In this document: positions 1 through 8,836 of the stretch, one piece after another
How the letters are laid out: each line of letters begins with the position of its first letter
Position numbering within the stretch: the stretch's first letter is position 1
Origin: Candidatus Sulfotelmatobacter sp.
GTDB lineage: Bacteria; Verrucomicrobiota; Verrucomicrobiia; Limisphaerales; UBA11358
NCBI GenBank assembly: GCA_035503455.1
Contig: DATJTK010000074.1
Location: 3,536 to 67,535 of the forward strand
DNA: 64,000 nt
Direction of reading: 5' to 3'
Made by a program: the position numbers and the translations under genes
The notes under the pieces: model-generated
Told to the model about the DNA's origin: nothing
What the model saw: the letters and a program-made list of their open reading frames with translations, nothing else
The model's database searches: none

Positions 1-251
1 GGCATTTGGCGAGTTGGAAGGGAAAAACGATCGAGCTGACGGCCACTGAATTCAAACTTCTTACCACTTTGGCGCAGCGGGCGGGCCGCGTCCAATCGCG
101 CGACCAGCTCCTGCGCGACGTCTGGGAATATGACAGCCTTATTGACACGCGCACGGTGGATACTCATATGCGGCGTTTGCGCGAAAAACTGGGTCCCGCA
201 TCAAAGCATCTGGACACGGTGCGCGGGGTCGGGTATCGGTTTATGGAGTAA
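1..251 (+). CDS. OmpR/PhoB-family response regulator, C-terminal winged-helix DNA-binding domain (5' end cut by window edge)
   Basis: ORF 6..251 reads LTATEFKLLTTLAQRAGRVQSRDQLLRDVWEYDSLIDTRTVDTHMRRLREKLGP..LDTVRGVGYRF, the trans_reg_C pattern. A histidine kinase gene follows 63 nt downstream. Confidence 0.85.
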   Translation, partial: HLASWKGKTIELTATEFKLLTTLAQRAGRVQSRDQLLRDVWEYDSLIDTRTVDTHMRRLREKLGPASKHLDTVRGVGYRFME

Positions 252-314
252 CGGACGGCGTGGGCGCGGCGCGGACTGTCACGATGCCGTGCCGGTCCAG
301 CCCGCATTTTAGCC

Positions 315-1523
315 ATGTGGCAATTGTTGACAATTCTCTTCTTCGTCGCAGCCATTGCAATTTATCTCTTTTGGCGAAGAAAATTCAGGCGCCTGGAAGT
401 CAAAATGCAGGGCGACATCGAGGATTTTCAACGGCATCAGCAACAAACGACCATCGATGCCCGGGCGCAGCAGCAGGTGCTGTTCAATTCCATGCTCGAA
501 GGATTGCTGCTGCTGGACCGCAGCCGAAAAATTTATCTGGCGAATCGCGCGTTCAAGAACCTTTTCGGCATCAAATCCGAGTTGCGCGGAAAGACGGTGA
601 TGGAAGTGCTGCGTCTCCACGAATTGGCCGAACTGGTCGAGCGCGCCGAATCCGAGAAACAGGTTTTTGACTACGAATTAAAGGTGCCGGAATTGAATGA
701 ACGCTGGCTGCAGGTCAACGCGGCGGTCATTTCGAACTCGGCCGGCGAGCGGGAAGGGACGATTTTGGTTTTCCACGATCTGACGCGGCTCAAACAGCTC
801 GAGCGCACCCGCGAGGAATTTGTCGCCAATGTCAGCCACGAACTTCGCACGCCGCTCTCGCTGATTAAGGGCTACGTGGAAACATTGTTGGATGGGGCGC
901 GGAATAACCCCGATGTTGCGGAACATTTTCTCCGTATCGTCGCCCGCAATGCCGAGCGTCTTGATTTGCTCATTCAGGACCTGTTGACCATATCGGCGCT
1001 GGAATCCGGGCGTGTGCAACTGCAACTGCAGCCGGTTTCGCTCCGGGCGGTGGCCGACAGGGTCTTTTCCGACCTGAAATCACGCGCAAACGCGCGGAGC
1101 GTAGCCCTGAAAAGCGAATTGCCGGACCTGACCGCTCATGCCGATGAAAATCGCCTTGAACAGGTCCTTGCCAACCTCATTGACAACGCGATTAAGTATG
1201 GCCGTTCCCAGGGCAACGTCATCGTGGGGGGCAAAAGCCTGGAGGACGGCAAAATCGAAGTATTCGTGAAGGATGACGGCCCGGGAATCCCTGCTGAATC
1301 GCTGGATCGCATTTTCGAGCGGTTTTATCGCGTGGACAAGGCGCGTTCCAGGGAGCAGGGGGGCACGGGTTTGGGGCTTTCCATCGTAAAACACATCGTC
1401 CAGAACCACGGCGGGGAGGTGTGGGCAAAAAGCGAGCCCGGCAAAGGCGCGACGTTCTTTTTTACCCTCCCGGCCTCGCCAGCCAGTCCTGTTGAGGCAA
1501 TCGAGGCTGTTGAAGCTGCGTAA
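315..1523 (+). CDS. Sensor histidine kinase (N-terminal TM helix, PAS-like region, HisKA, HATPase_c); PhoR-like
   Basis: H-box FVANVSHELRTPLS, N-box LANLIDNAIKY, G1 DDGPGI and G2 GGTGLGLSIV are all present. Located directly downstream of the response regulator. Confidence 0.9.
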   Translation: MWQLLTILFFVAAIAIYLFWRRKFRRLEVKMQGDIEDFQRHQQQTTIDARAQQQVLFNSMLEGLLLLDRSRKIYLANRAFKNLFGIKSELRGKTVMEVLRLHELAELVERAESEKQVFDYELKVPELNERWLQVNAAVISNSAGEREGTILVFHDLTRLKQLERTREEFVANVSHELRTPLSLIKGYVETLLDGARNNPDVAEHFLRIVARNAERLDLLIQDLLTISALESGRVQLQLQPVSLRAVADRVFSDLKSRANARSVALKSELPDLTAHADENRLEQVLANLIDNAIKYGRSQGNVIVGGKSLEDGKIEVFVKDDGPGIPAESLDRIFERFYRVDKARSREQGGTGLGLSIVKHIVQNHGGEVWAKSEPGKGATFFFTLPASPASPVEAIEAVEAA

Positions 1524-1542
1524 TTGCAGGAACATGGGAACA

Positions 1543-1573
1543 AACATCGAACATCGAACATCGAACGCCGAAG
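1543..1573 (+). repeat. CATCGAA heptamer-tract element, solo arm
   Basis: AACATCGAACATCGAACATCGAACGCCGAAG, 19 nt after the kinase stop codon. The lead-in TGCAGGAAC resembles the lead-in at 13795. Confidence 0.8.
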
Positions 1574-1626
1574 TTAAATTTTTATGTTAAATTCAGGCAG
1601 AGGTGAAGGTCCAGGTCGCGAAGCGG

Positions 1627-1677
1627 TTGCAACCTGCAATCTCTAATTCAAAAAGATTGCGGTATGCAAGTTTTTTT
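1627..1677 (+). terminator. Candidate intrinsic terminator of the RR/HK operon
   Basis: TTGCAACCTGCAATCT ... AGATTGCGGTATGCAA forms an imperfect 16-bp stem with 3 mismatches, followed by G and TTTTTTT. Confidence 0.45.
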
Positions 1678-1817
1678 CGCGCCTTTTTTAGACCGATTTT
1701 TATAAATGCTTGATTTTCCGGCGTAATTTCTGCGGCATACCCAATGCTAAAACAGCCGCATCGGACGAACGGATTTTATCAGCAAGTCAAAAAGGGTAAT
1801 AAACGGGAAAGGGAATT

Positions 1818-2327
1818 ATGAGAATGCTGGAAGATTTATTTTTGGATGCGCTGGCGGATACCTATTATTGCGAGCAGCAGCTCGAAAAGGCACTCCCCAA
1901 AATGGCGAAAACGGCCACGCATCAGGATTTAAAGGCGGCATTTGAATCGCATCTCGTTGAAACCGAAGGACATGCCCAGAAATGCGAGCAGATTTTCGAA
2001 ATGTTTGGCAAGAAAGCCAAAGCCAAACGCTGCCCGGCGATACTGGGCATCATTGACGAAGCGGAGGATTTAATAGCCGAAAATAAGAAGTCGCCTACGA
2101 TTAACGCGGCGCTGGTATTAGGCGCGCAAAAGGCTGAGCATTATGAAATTGCGACCTATGGCACATTACGGGAATGGGCCAAGAGTCTGCAGCGCGAGGA
2201 CGTAGCGAAGGTCCTTGACTCCATCCTCGCTGAGGAAAAGGCGGCGGACGCAAAATTGACGAAGCTCGGCTTGGAACAATCCAATCCCGCTGCAAGGAGT
2301 GGCGAAGACATGCGTATGGCTGCATAA
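1818..2327 (+). CDS. DUF892 / YciE-YciF-like ferritin-like four-helix protein
   Basis: 169 aa. The N-terminus LEDLFLDALADTYYCEQQLEKALPKMAK and ...AEHYEIATYGTLREWA match my memory of the YciE/DUF892 pattern. Confidence 0.75.
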   Translation: MRMLEDLFLDALADTYYCEQQLEKALPKMAKTATHQDLKAAFESHLVETEGHAQKCEQIFEMFGKKAKAKRCPAILGIIDEAEDLIAENKKSPTINAALVLGAQKAEHYEIATYGTLREWAKSLQREDVAKVLDSILAEEKAADAKLTKLGLEQSNPAARSGEDMRMAA

Positions 2328-2373
2328 AAGAATCTCCCCGGCGCAATCAACAAGCGCCAGTTACCCCCAAAAG

Positions 2374-2409
2374 GGCCGGAATTTGCCTGTATTCCGGCCT
2401 ATTTTTTTG
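2374..2409 (+). terminator. Rho-independent terminator after the DUF892 gene
   Basis: GGCCGGAAT (2374-2382), 8-nt loop, ATTCCGGCC (2391-2399), then TATTTTTTT. Confidence 0.7.
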
Positions 2410-2416
2410 TCCACTG

Positions 2417-2466
2417 GTTGCGCCGCTGCACGCGGCGCTACACGGCGCAGCGCGCCGTGTTCCACC
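2417..2466 (-). repeat. 50-nt GC-rich double-hairpin element (copy 1 of 3)
   Basis: The reverse complement is 50/50 identical to 59839..59888 and about 47/50 identical to 58095..58144. It contains ACACGGCGC-gct-GCGCCGTGT and GCGCCGC-gtgca-GCGGCGC hairpins. Confidence 0.9.
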
Positions 2467-2536
2467 GTAGTGGCGGGGTTTGGCGCAAGCACAGGTGGAC
2501 ATTGGCCGTACTTTTTCGTAGCTTGGAGCGCCATAT

Positions 2537-4039
2537 ATGAACGGAAACGAAGCAGACAAAAAAGATCCGGGACAAAAAGCGCTGCATATCAATCTGGACG
2601 CCACAAAATACGGCACTTTTGCCGAAATTGGGGCCGGCCAGGAGGTTTGCCGCTGGTTTTTCCACGCGGGCGGCGCGTCAGGCACGGTCGCCAAGACGAT
2701 TTCCGCGTACGATATGGCCGTAAGCGACGCAATTTACGGTGTTTCCGACCGTTATGTAAGCCGGCAGCGGTTGCAGGCCATGCTGGATTACGAATATAAT
2801 TTGCTTCTCCAACGGCTTGATAAAAAACGCGGCGATAAAACCGCGTTTTTCGTTTTTGCCGATACCGTGGCGACGCACAGCTTTTCACGCCAGACCGATG
2901 GGCACGGCTGGCTTGGAATCAAGTTCCAGGCCCGCCCGCGCGAAGAAGCGTCGCAAATCATCATTCATACGCGGCTCCTTGATAAAGTCGTTGTCCGCGA
3001 GCAGGAAGCGCTGGGTATCATCGGCGTCAATCTCATCTACGCCGCGTTTTATCATCATGACGAACCGGAAAAGATCATTTCCATGCTCATGGATGATCTG
3101 AACCGGGAACGGATTGAAATCGAAATGATCAAGCTTTCCGGCCCGTGCTTTGCCAAAGTGGACAATCGCCTGATGGCGCTGCAACTGGTCCAGCAAAACG
3201 TGGCCGATGGCGCGATGTTTACCTCAGACGGTGAAGTCGTCATTCCGAGCGAAGTCCTCTATAAAAAGCCCGTGCTGGTGGAACGCGGCAGTTTTCGGCC
3301 CATTACCAAGACGACGCTGGATATTTTGGATCGCGCGCAGGAACAGTTCCTGCGGGAGCCGCAAATGCAGGGCGAGACGCCGGTCGTCCTGATGGAGATG
3401 ACCCTCCACAGCGTTCTTGAAGACGCCACGCTTGCCCACAAGGATTTTCTCGACCGCGTGGACCTGTTGAGCACGCTTGGCAAGCCGGTGCTCATTTCCA
3501 ATTTCGGCCGCTACTATCGCCTTGTCGAATACCTGGCACGCTACACTCAAAAACAGAAGGGCATTGCGCTGGGTATACCGAGTCTGCGGAGTATATTTGA
3601 TGAGAAGTTCTATACCGACCTGTCCGGCGGTCTGCTGGAATCGCTGGGGCGGCTGTTTAAGGACATGACGAAACTGTACGTTTATCCGATGCGCGAACCG
3701 TCCGCCAGCGCGCTGGCGGCCATCAGTCCCGTTGGCAGCGACAGCGGAATATGGCAGCGACAATCGCTGGCCAATGAAATTGTCACTCCGGAGAATCTCC
3801 AGGTCGCGCCCAATTTGCGCCATCTCTATGCGCATTTGATTGAAAACGGCTTCATCACCGGCATTCAAAATTACAATCCGGATTATCTTGCCCTCTTCCC
3901 GCCGTTTGTGCTGTCGAAGCTCCAGTCCGGGGATGTTTCCTGGGAAAAGGACGTGCCCGCGCCCATCGTCGAAATCATCAAAAAGGAAAAAATGTTTGGC
4001 TGGCAGGACAGGCCCAGGATGATATTGGAGACCACGTAA
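2537..4039 (+). CDS. Conserved hypothetical protein (500 aa), function unknown
   Basis: Long ORF with coding-like composition. The N-terminal YGTFAEIGAGQEVCRWFF...TISAYDMAVSDAIYG looks like a conserved family I cannot name. Its stop is 1 nt before the next gene's start. Confidence 0.75.
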   Translation: MNGNEADKKDPGQKALHINLDATKYGTFAEIGAGQEVCRWFFHAGGASGTVAKTISAYDMAVSDAIYGVSDRYVSRQRLQAMLDYEYNLLLQRLDKKRGDKTAFFVFADTVATHSFSRQTDGHGWLGIKFQARPREEASQIIIHTRLLDKVVVREQEALGIIGVNLIYAAFYHHDEPEKIISMLMDDLNRERIEIEMIKLSGPCFAKVDNRLMALQLVQQNVADGAMFTSDGEVVIPSEVLYKKPVLVERGSFRPITKTTLDILDRAQEQFLREPQMQGETPVVLMEMTLHSVLEDATLAHKDFLDRVDLLSTLGKPVLISNFGRYYRLVEYLARYTQKQKGIALGIPSLRSIFDEKFYTDLSGGLLESLGRLFKDMTKLYVYPMREPSASALAAISPVGSDSGIWQRQSLANEIVTPENLQVAPNLRHLYAHLIENGFITGIQNYNPDYLALFPPFVLSKLQSGDVSWEKDVPAPIVEIIKKEKMFGWQDRPRMILETT

Positions 4040-4040
4040 C

Positions 4041-6176
4041 GTGGAGCAAACCCGGCGACTTTCTAACTTTGCATGGACAGAATGGATTGTTCCGGGACTC
4101 GTATGTGCGCTGGTGATTGGCATCTTTGCCTGGACCGCAGCACCCGGTTTCCACGACATTGCAACGCTGCGCGCGCAGGATTGTTACTACAATTTATTGG
4201 TTCAAGGTTTTCGTGAAGGTCAATTAAGCGTAAACAGAGACGTGGCGCCCGGCCTCGCTTCGCTGGCAAACCCGTACGACCCTACCGCGAATAAGCCGTA
4301 TTTGTGGGACATCCACCATATCTGCCACGACATGAGCTATTATAAAGGCAAGCTATACCTTTATTTTGGGATCACGCCGGCTTTGACGCTGTTCTGGCCG
4401 TATGTCGTATTAACGAAACACTATTTGGCCGATACAGCCGCCGTCGTGATTTTTTTTGCAGTCGGATTGTTGGTTGCCACTGGTCTTTTGGAGGCTGTCA
4501 GACGGCGTTATTTTTCCGAGACAAGCGCATGGATAACGGCGTCTGGCGTGATGGCGATAGGGCTGGTCACGGGCACATTGGAGCTTTTGTCTTCATGCGA
4601 TGTCTATGAAGTGGCGATCAGCTGCGGCTTTGCCTTTACGATGCTTGCATTGGCCGGGATATGGAAGTCATTGCACGAGCCAAATCGAAACGTGAAATGG
4701 CTTTTGTTGGCCAGCCTGGCATATGGGCTCGCGGTAGGGGCAAGACCGTCGCTGCTATTTGGCGCGATAATTCTTGTGATGCCGGCAGCCCAGGCATGGG
4801 CGCGCGCGAGTGGGCCGGGTTCCCGCCGGCGCGCAGGTTTATGGCTCGTGCCTGCCGTAATTCCGATAACGCTCATCGGGCTTGGCTTAATGCTTTACAA
4901 TGATTGGCGGTTCGGCAATCCATTCGAATTCGGCTGGCACTACCAATTGACAGACCACCTTCAGAACACGGGCACGCGGGAGCTTGGCTGGTCCTTTCTG
5001 TGGTACAATTTCCGTTTTTATTTTATTGGGCCAATGCACTGGACAAGTCATTTTCCTTTTCTGGAATATGTCCCGTTGTCGCCGCAGCCGCCGAGTTACG
5101 GCGGAATTGAGATGCCCTATAGCGGCATATTAACCGACTATCCAATAGCATGGCTGGCGTTGGCGGCGCCGTTGGCATTGAGAGCCATCCCAGGAAAAGA
5201 CATTTCGCCACTGCGCTGGTTTGTAGCGGCCATATTCCTCCTCTTTCTAACCAGCGCGGTGACCGTTTGCCTCTTCTTAAGCGGCAGCAGCCGTTACGAG
5301 TTCGATTTTCTGCCCGATTTGATGTTGCTGGCCGTCATTGGCATCTTCGGGCTGGAACGCGCTTTGGCACATTCAATCGCCTGGCGATGGCCTGTTCGTG
5401 GAATATGGTGCCTGCTGTTGGTTTATTCGATTTTCTTCAACGCCATGGCAGGTGTGAAAGCTCATGCGATGCAGAACAACCTCGACGGCAATGTTATTTT
5501 TAACCAGGGCGACACGGCCAAAGCGGTCGAATATTTTAAAAAGGCGTCGGAACTTGATCCTCAATCCGCTTCTTTTCACTTTGCGCTTGGCAACGCTCTT
5601 TCTCGATCTGGGCGAATGGACGAATCCATCGCCCAATATCGGAAGACTTTAGAGATAATGCCCAACGATGCCGAGGCCGCTAACAACCTGGCGTACACGC
5701 TCCTGCAAGCCGGCCGGGCGACCGATGCCATCCAGTATTTCCAGCGGGCTTTGCAGATTCAACCCAGTTACCAGGCCTATTACAACCTCGGCTATGTGTA
5801 TGGCCGAAGCGGTAATGCGACGGAGGCGTTGGCCTGTTTTCAGGAAGCAATTAAGCTTCAGCCTCAATTTATGCCGGCGAAAATCCATCTGGCCTGGATA
5901 CTTGCCACATGTCCTGATCCAAATGTTCGCAATGGAAATGAGGCTGTTGCATTATTGGAAGGAGTCAGCCAGGCCGGCGGAGGCGCTGATGCGGGATTTC
6001 TCCGCACCCAGGCAGCCGCTTATGCCGAGGTCGGGCGTTTTTCAGAGGCAATAACAACGGCGCAAAAGGCGTTAGCGCTGGCAAACGCACGATCCAAGGC
6101 CGGTCTGATAGATGAACTGCAATCCGAAATAAAACTCTATCAAAAAGGTTCTCCCTGCCGCGCTACGATTTATTAA
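4041..6176 (+). CDS. Polytopic membrane protein (GT-C/ArnT-like topology suspected) with C-terminal TPR repeats
   Basis: 711 aa with about 12 hydrophobic segments over aa 15-480, followed by TPR-like repeats (AVEYFKKASELDP, AIQYFQRALQIQP, ALACFQEAIKLQP). GTG start. The N-terminal 480 aa are paralogous to 45199..46641. Confidence 0.8.
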   Translation: MEQTRRLSNFAWTEWIVPGLVCALVIGIFAWTAAPGFHDIATLRAQDCYYNLLVQGFREGQLSVNRDVAPGLASLANPYDPTANKPYLWDIHHICHDMSYYKGKLYLYFGITPALTLFWPYVVLTKHYLADTAAVVIFFAVGLLVATGLLEAVRRRYFSETSAWITASGVMAIGLVTGTLELLSSCDVYEVAISCGFAFTMLALAGIWKSLHEPNRNVKWLLLASLAYGLAVGARPSLLFGAIILVMPAAQAWARASGPGSRRRAGLWLVPAVIPITLIGLGLMLYNDWRFGNPFEFGWHYQLTDHLQNTGTRELGWSFLWYNFRFYFIGPMHWTSHFPFLEYVPLSPQPPSYGGIEMPYSGILTDYPIAWLALAAPLALRAIPGKDISPLRWFVAAIFLLFLTSAVTVCLFLSGSSRYEFDFLPDLMLLAVIGIFGLERALAHSIAWRWPVRGIWCLLLVYSIFFNAMAGVKAHAMQNNLDGNVIFNQGDTAKAVEYFKKASELDPQSASFHFALGNALSRSGRMDESIAQYRKTLEIMPNDAEAANNLAYTLLQAGRATDAIQYFQRALQIQPSYQAYYNLGYVYGRSGNATEALACFQEAIKLQPQFMPAKIHLAWILATCPDPNVRNGNEAVALLEGVSQAGGGADAGFLRTQAAAYAEVGRFSEAITTAQKALALANARSKAGLIDELQSEIKLYQKGSPCRATIY

Positions 6177-6187
6177 ATTAAAGGGGC

Positions 6188-7162
6188 TCACATCGCCGCC
6201 GTGCGCAAGATGATTTCCCGCAGCGGCGTTTGCGGACGAAACTTCAAAAAGTGTTCCAGTTTTTCCACCCGCGGTTTTCGTCGCCGCATATCGTCAAATC
6301 CCGGCGCATACGCCTTTTCGTAAGGCACGAATTCAATTTTGGATTTTGAATCGAGCGTTTTTAAGACCAGTTCAGCCAGTTCCAAAATGGAAACTTCCTC
6401 GGTACCGCCGATGTTGAATATTTCACCGCGGGCTTCTTTACAATTCTTCAAAAGCACGAGCGCTTCGACCGCGTCGTTCACGAGGCAAAAGCAGCGCGTC
6501 TGCTTGCCGTCGCCAAAAACCTGCAACGGTTTGTTTTCTTTTGCGGCGGCAATGAATCGGGGCAACACCATACCGTAACGCCCGGTTTGTCTCGGCCCGA
6601 CGGTGTTAAACAGGCGCGAAATGATGATCGGCAAATGTCTTTCGCGCGCGCATGCGAGCGCAAAGAATTCGTCTGAAAGTTTCGAGCAGGCGTAGCTCCA
6701 GCGCGATTGGCTGGGCGGGCCGATGAGCAGATCGTCATCTTCCGCAAATTCGGTTTTTGCGCTTTTGCCATAAACTTCCGAGGTCGAAGTCACCAGGACC
6801 GGCGTGGAACTTTTGACGGCGGCGCGGAGCAACGCTTGTGTTTCTGTGAAATTCGATTCCAACACCCGAAGGGCGGATTTAACGACGAGTTCGACGCCTA
6901 CGGTCGCCGCGAGGTGAAACACAAAGTCGGATTTCTCAACGAGCCGCGGCAGGTTTTTGCATTCGGATATCTTAGACCGAATGATTTTCAGGCGCGGATT
7001 CTTTCTGAGCGCGCGCAAATTTTCAGCACGACCTGTCGAGAAATCATCGATTACAATGACGCGCTCGCCATCATTTAGCAAGCGTTCCACCAAATGCGAA
7101 CCAATAAAGCCAGCCCCGCCTGTTACCAGGATGTGCGAGGATGGAGGATGGAGAGTTGGCAT
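6188..7162 (-). CDS. NAD-dependent sugar-nucleotide epimerase/dehydratase (extended SDR; UDP-glucuronate decarboxylase-like)
   Basis: VTGGAGFIGSHLVERLL Rossmann motif and YACSKLSDE (YxxxK). 324 aa. Confidence 0.88.
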   Translation of the reverse strand: MPTLHPPSSHILVTGGAGFIGSHLVERLLNDGERVIVIDDFSTGRAENLRALRKNPRLKIIRSKISECKNLPRLVEKSDFVFHLAATVGVELVVKSALRVLESNFTETQALLRAAVKSSTPVLVTSTSEVYGKSAKTEFAEDDDLLIGPPSQSRWSYACSKLSDEFFALACARERHLPIIISRLFNTVGPRQTGRYGMVLPRFIAAAKENKPLQVFGDGKQTRCFCLVNDAVEALVLLKNCKEARGEIFNIGGTEEVSILELAELVLKTLDSKSKIEFVPYEKAYAPGFDDMRRRKPRVEKLEHFLKFRPQTPLREIILRTAAM

Positions 7163-7246
7163 CGTCGACCTTCTATTTTCTATTATCGTTTTTTTCGCGA
7201 TATTCTTCGTTCGTGCGCACTTATTCTCTTTTCCATCTTCAATCCT

Positions 7247-8350
7247 CTATCGTCCATCCTCGCTGATGGGCCTCAAAGCCCCCGCCAGGGCCGCGGCCAA
7301 CTTTTGGCGATAATCAGGATTTTCGATTAGGGACGCTTCGTGGGGATTGGATAAATAGCCTGCTTCGATCAAAATTGCCGGCCGCAGTTGTCCCTGCAGC
7401 ACAGTGATGAACCGCGCCCGGCGGACACTGCGATCGGGCATGCCCATCGTATGCACCAGCGCGGAATGAACGCGGACCGCCAGCCGGAGATTCTGCGCGT
7501 CGAAAGCGTTGTTGGGGAGATTTTGAGTCCAGGGATCAGCGAAACTGCCGCGCGAAATGGTCGATGGCATTCCCATGGCCGGCACACAATACGTCTCCAG
7601 TCCTGCCTGTGTTTCGTCCGGCGCGGCGGAATTGAAATGAAGGCTGATGAACGCATCCGCCTGGCGGTCATTCGCAAAGACCACGCGGTCTGAGTTTGTG
7701 ACAAAAACGTCGCTCTCTCGCGTGAGATAGACCTTCCATCCTTCGGCTTCCAGCAACGGTTTGAGGCGTTTCGCCAAATCCAGAGTAAATTCCTTTTCGA
7801 ATCGTCCGTCCAAAACGCTGTGGGTTCCCACATTTGAACCGCCATGCCCGGGGTCAATGACGATGACTTCGTTCGGTGTAAAGGCCAGGGGCGGTTCACA
7901 CAAGAGCGGCTCCAGATTTTTTTGCAAATCCAGGCCGTAAAGGGAGATGTCGCCGTCAATTAATTGCGGGGCAAAGCCGAGCGAGATTTGAATTCCATTC
8001 CATGTGGCCTCGCGGGCGCCGATTTCCAAAACCATCGTGCCGTATTGGGAACTGATCGAATATGCAGCCACTGGCGCGTCGGAAACGCGGCGTGGCGCTG
8101 CGAGGTGATGTTCCGCGGCCCAGTCAGCGAGTGAAGTCCATGTGGCAGTGGGCGCGGAAGTCGGGGGCGTTGGGTACGGGGCATGAACGGGCGGAATCGG
8201 CTGCACCACGGGGGACGGGGTGGACGGGGTGGGAAACGCGTGCACCACATTTGTTCCCGGCGATTCCGACGGCGGCAGGCGTTGAACTGAATTTCCAGCG
8301 CAGCCGGCCAGCAAAATGACGGCGACGAAAAAGATTCCGGATTTGAACAC
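7247..8350 (-). CDS. N-acetylmuramoyl-L-alanine amidase (Amidase_3), lipoprotein
   Basis: Lipobox LLAGC at the N-terminus. VIVIDPGHGG...EKEFTLDLAKRL...ADAFISLHFNS...ETYC...PAILIEAGYLSN is typical of AmiC-type amidases. Confidence 0.9.
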   Translation of the reverse strand: MFKSGIFFVAVILLAGCAGNSVQRLPPSESPGTNVVHAFPTPSTPSPVVQPIPPVHAPYPTPPTSAPTATWTSLADWAAEHHLAAPRRVSDAPVAAYSISSQYGTMVLEIGAREATWNGIQISLGFAPQLIDGDISLYGLDLQKNLEPLLCEPPLAFTPNEVIVIDPGHGGSNVGTHSVLDGRFEKEFTLDLAKRLKPLLEAEGWKVYLTRESDVFVTNSDRVVFANDRQADAFISLHFNSAAPDETQAGLETYCVPAMGMPSTISRGSFADPWTQNLPNNAFDAQNLRLAVRVHSALVHTMGMPDRSVRRARFITVLQGQLRPAILIEAGYLSNPHEASLIENPDYRQKLAAALAGALRPISEDGR

Positions 8351-8424
8351 GCCGCTATTTTGCTGAAGCCAAAATGGGACTCAAGACCATTCCGGATTGG
8401 GTTGACGGATTTTTGGGTTGGCGG

Positions 8425-8491
8425 TTCGGTGTACACGCTTTAGCGTGCTCCTGCATTATGCCTGGAACACCCTAAAGGGTGGACACCAAAC
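8425..8491 (+). repeat. Palindromic two-hairpin element (copy 1 of 3)
   Basis: GGTGTACACGCTTTAGCGTGCTCC..GGAACACCCTAAAGGGTGGACACCAAAC. Same family as 43475..43532 (inverted) and 56150..56236. Confidence 0.85.
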
Positions 8492-8496
8492 AGTGT

Positions 8497-8742
8497 TTAG
8501 GGCGGAGTGGCGTGGTCAAGCTGGTTGGAATTGGAATCGGCTGATGGGGCGGATTGCTGCTGAATGTACTTTGCGCACGCGCCGAGGCCGAAAACCATCA
8601 TAATGTAAAAGGCATAGCATGCCGGCGCCGCCCAGGCGACCAAAAGCACAATGATGATGTCCCGCCATTTGGAATTGGAGCGTTGATTGGGGATGGCGCC
8701 TGCCTGGACAGCGGAATCCCCCGGCGCGTCTTCAGGTCGCAT
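8497..8742 (-). CDS. Possible small membrane protein (81 aa)
   Basis: The only support is an ORF with a hydrophobic core (IIIVLLVAWAAPACYAFYIMMVFGLGACA). No recognisable family. Confidence 0.3.
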   Translation of the reverse strand: MRPEDAPGDSAVQAGAIPNQRSNSKWRDIIIVLLVAWAAPACYAFYIMMVFGLGACAKYIQQQSAPSADSNSNQLDHATPP

Positions 8743-8836
8743 AGAATGTGATCGGCTTGCTTTCGGTAACTGGGGGGAGGATAGGAATTTCTGCGCCAGA
8801 AAAACCAGCCTTTTTAGGCGGCTCTCGACACCGCCC

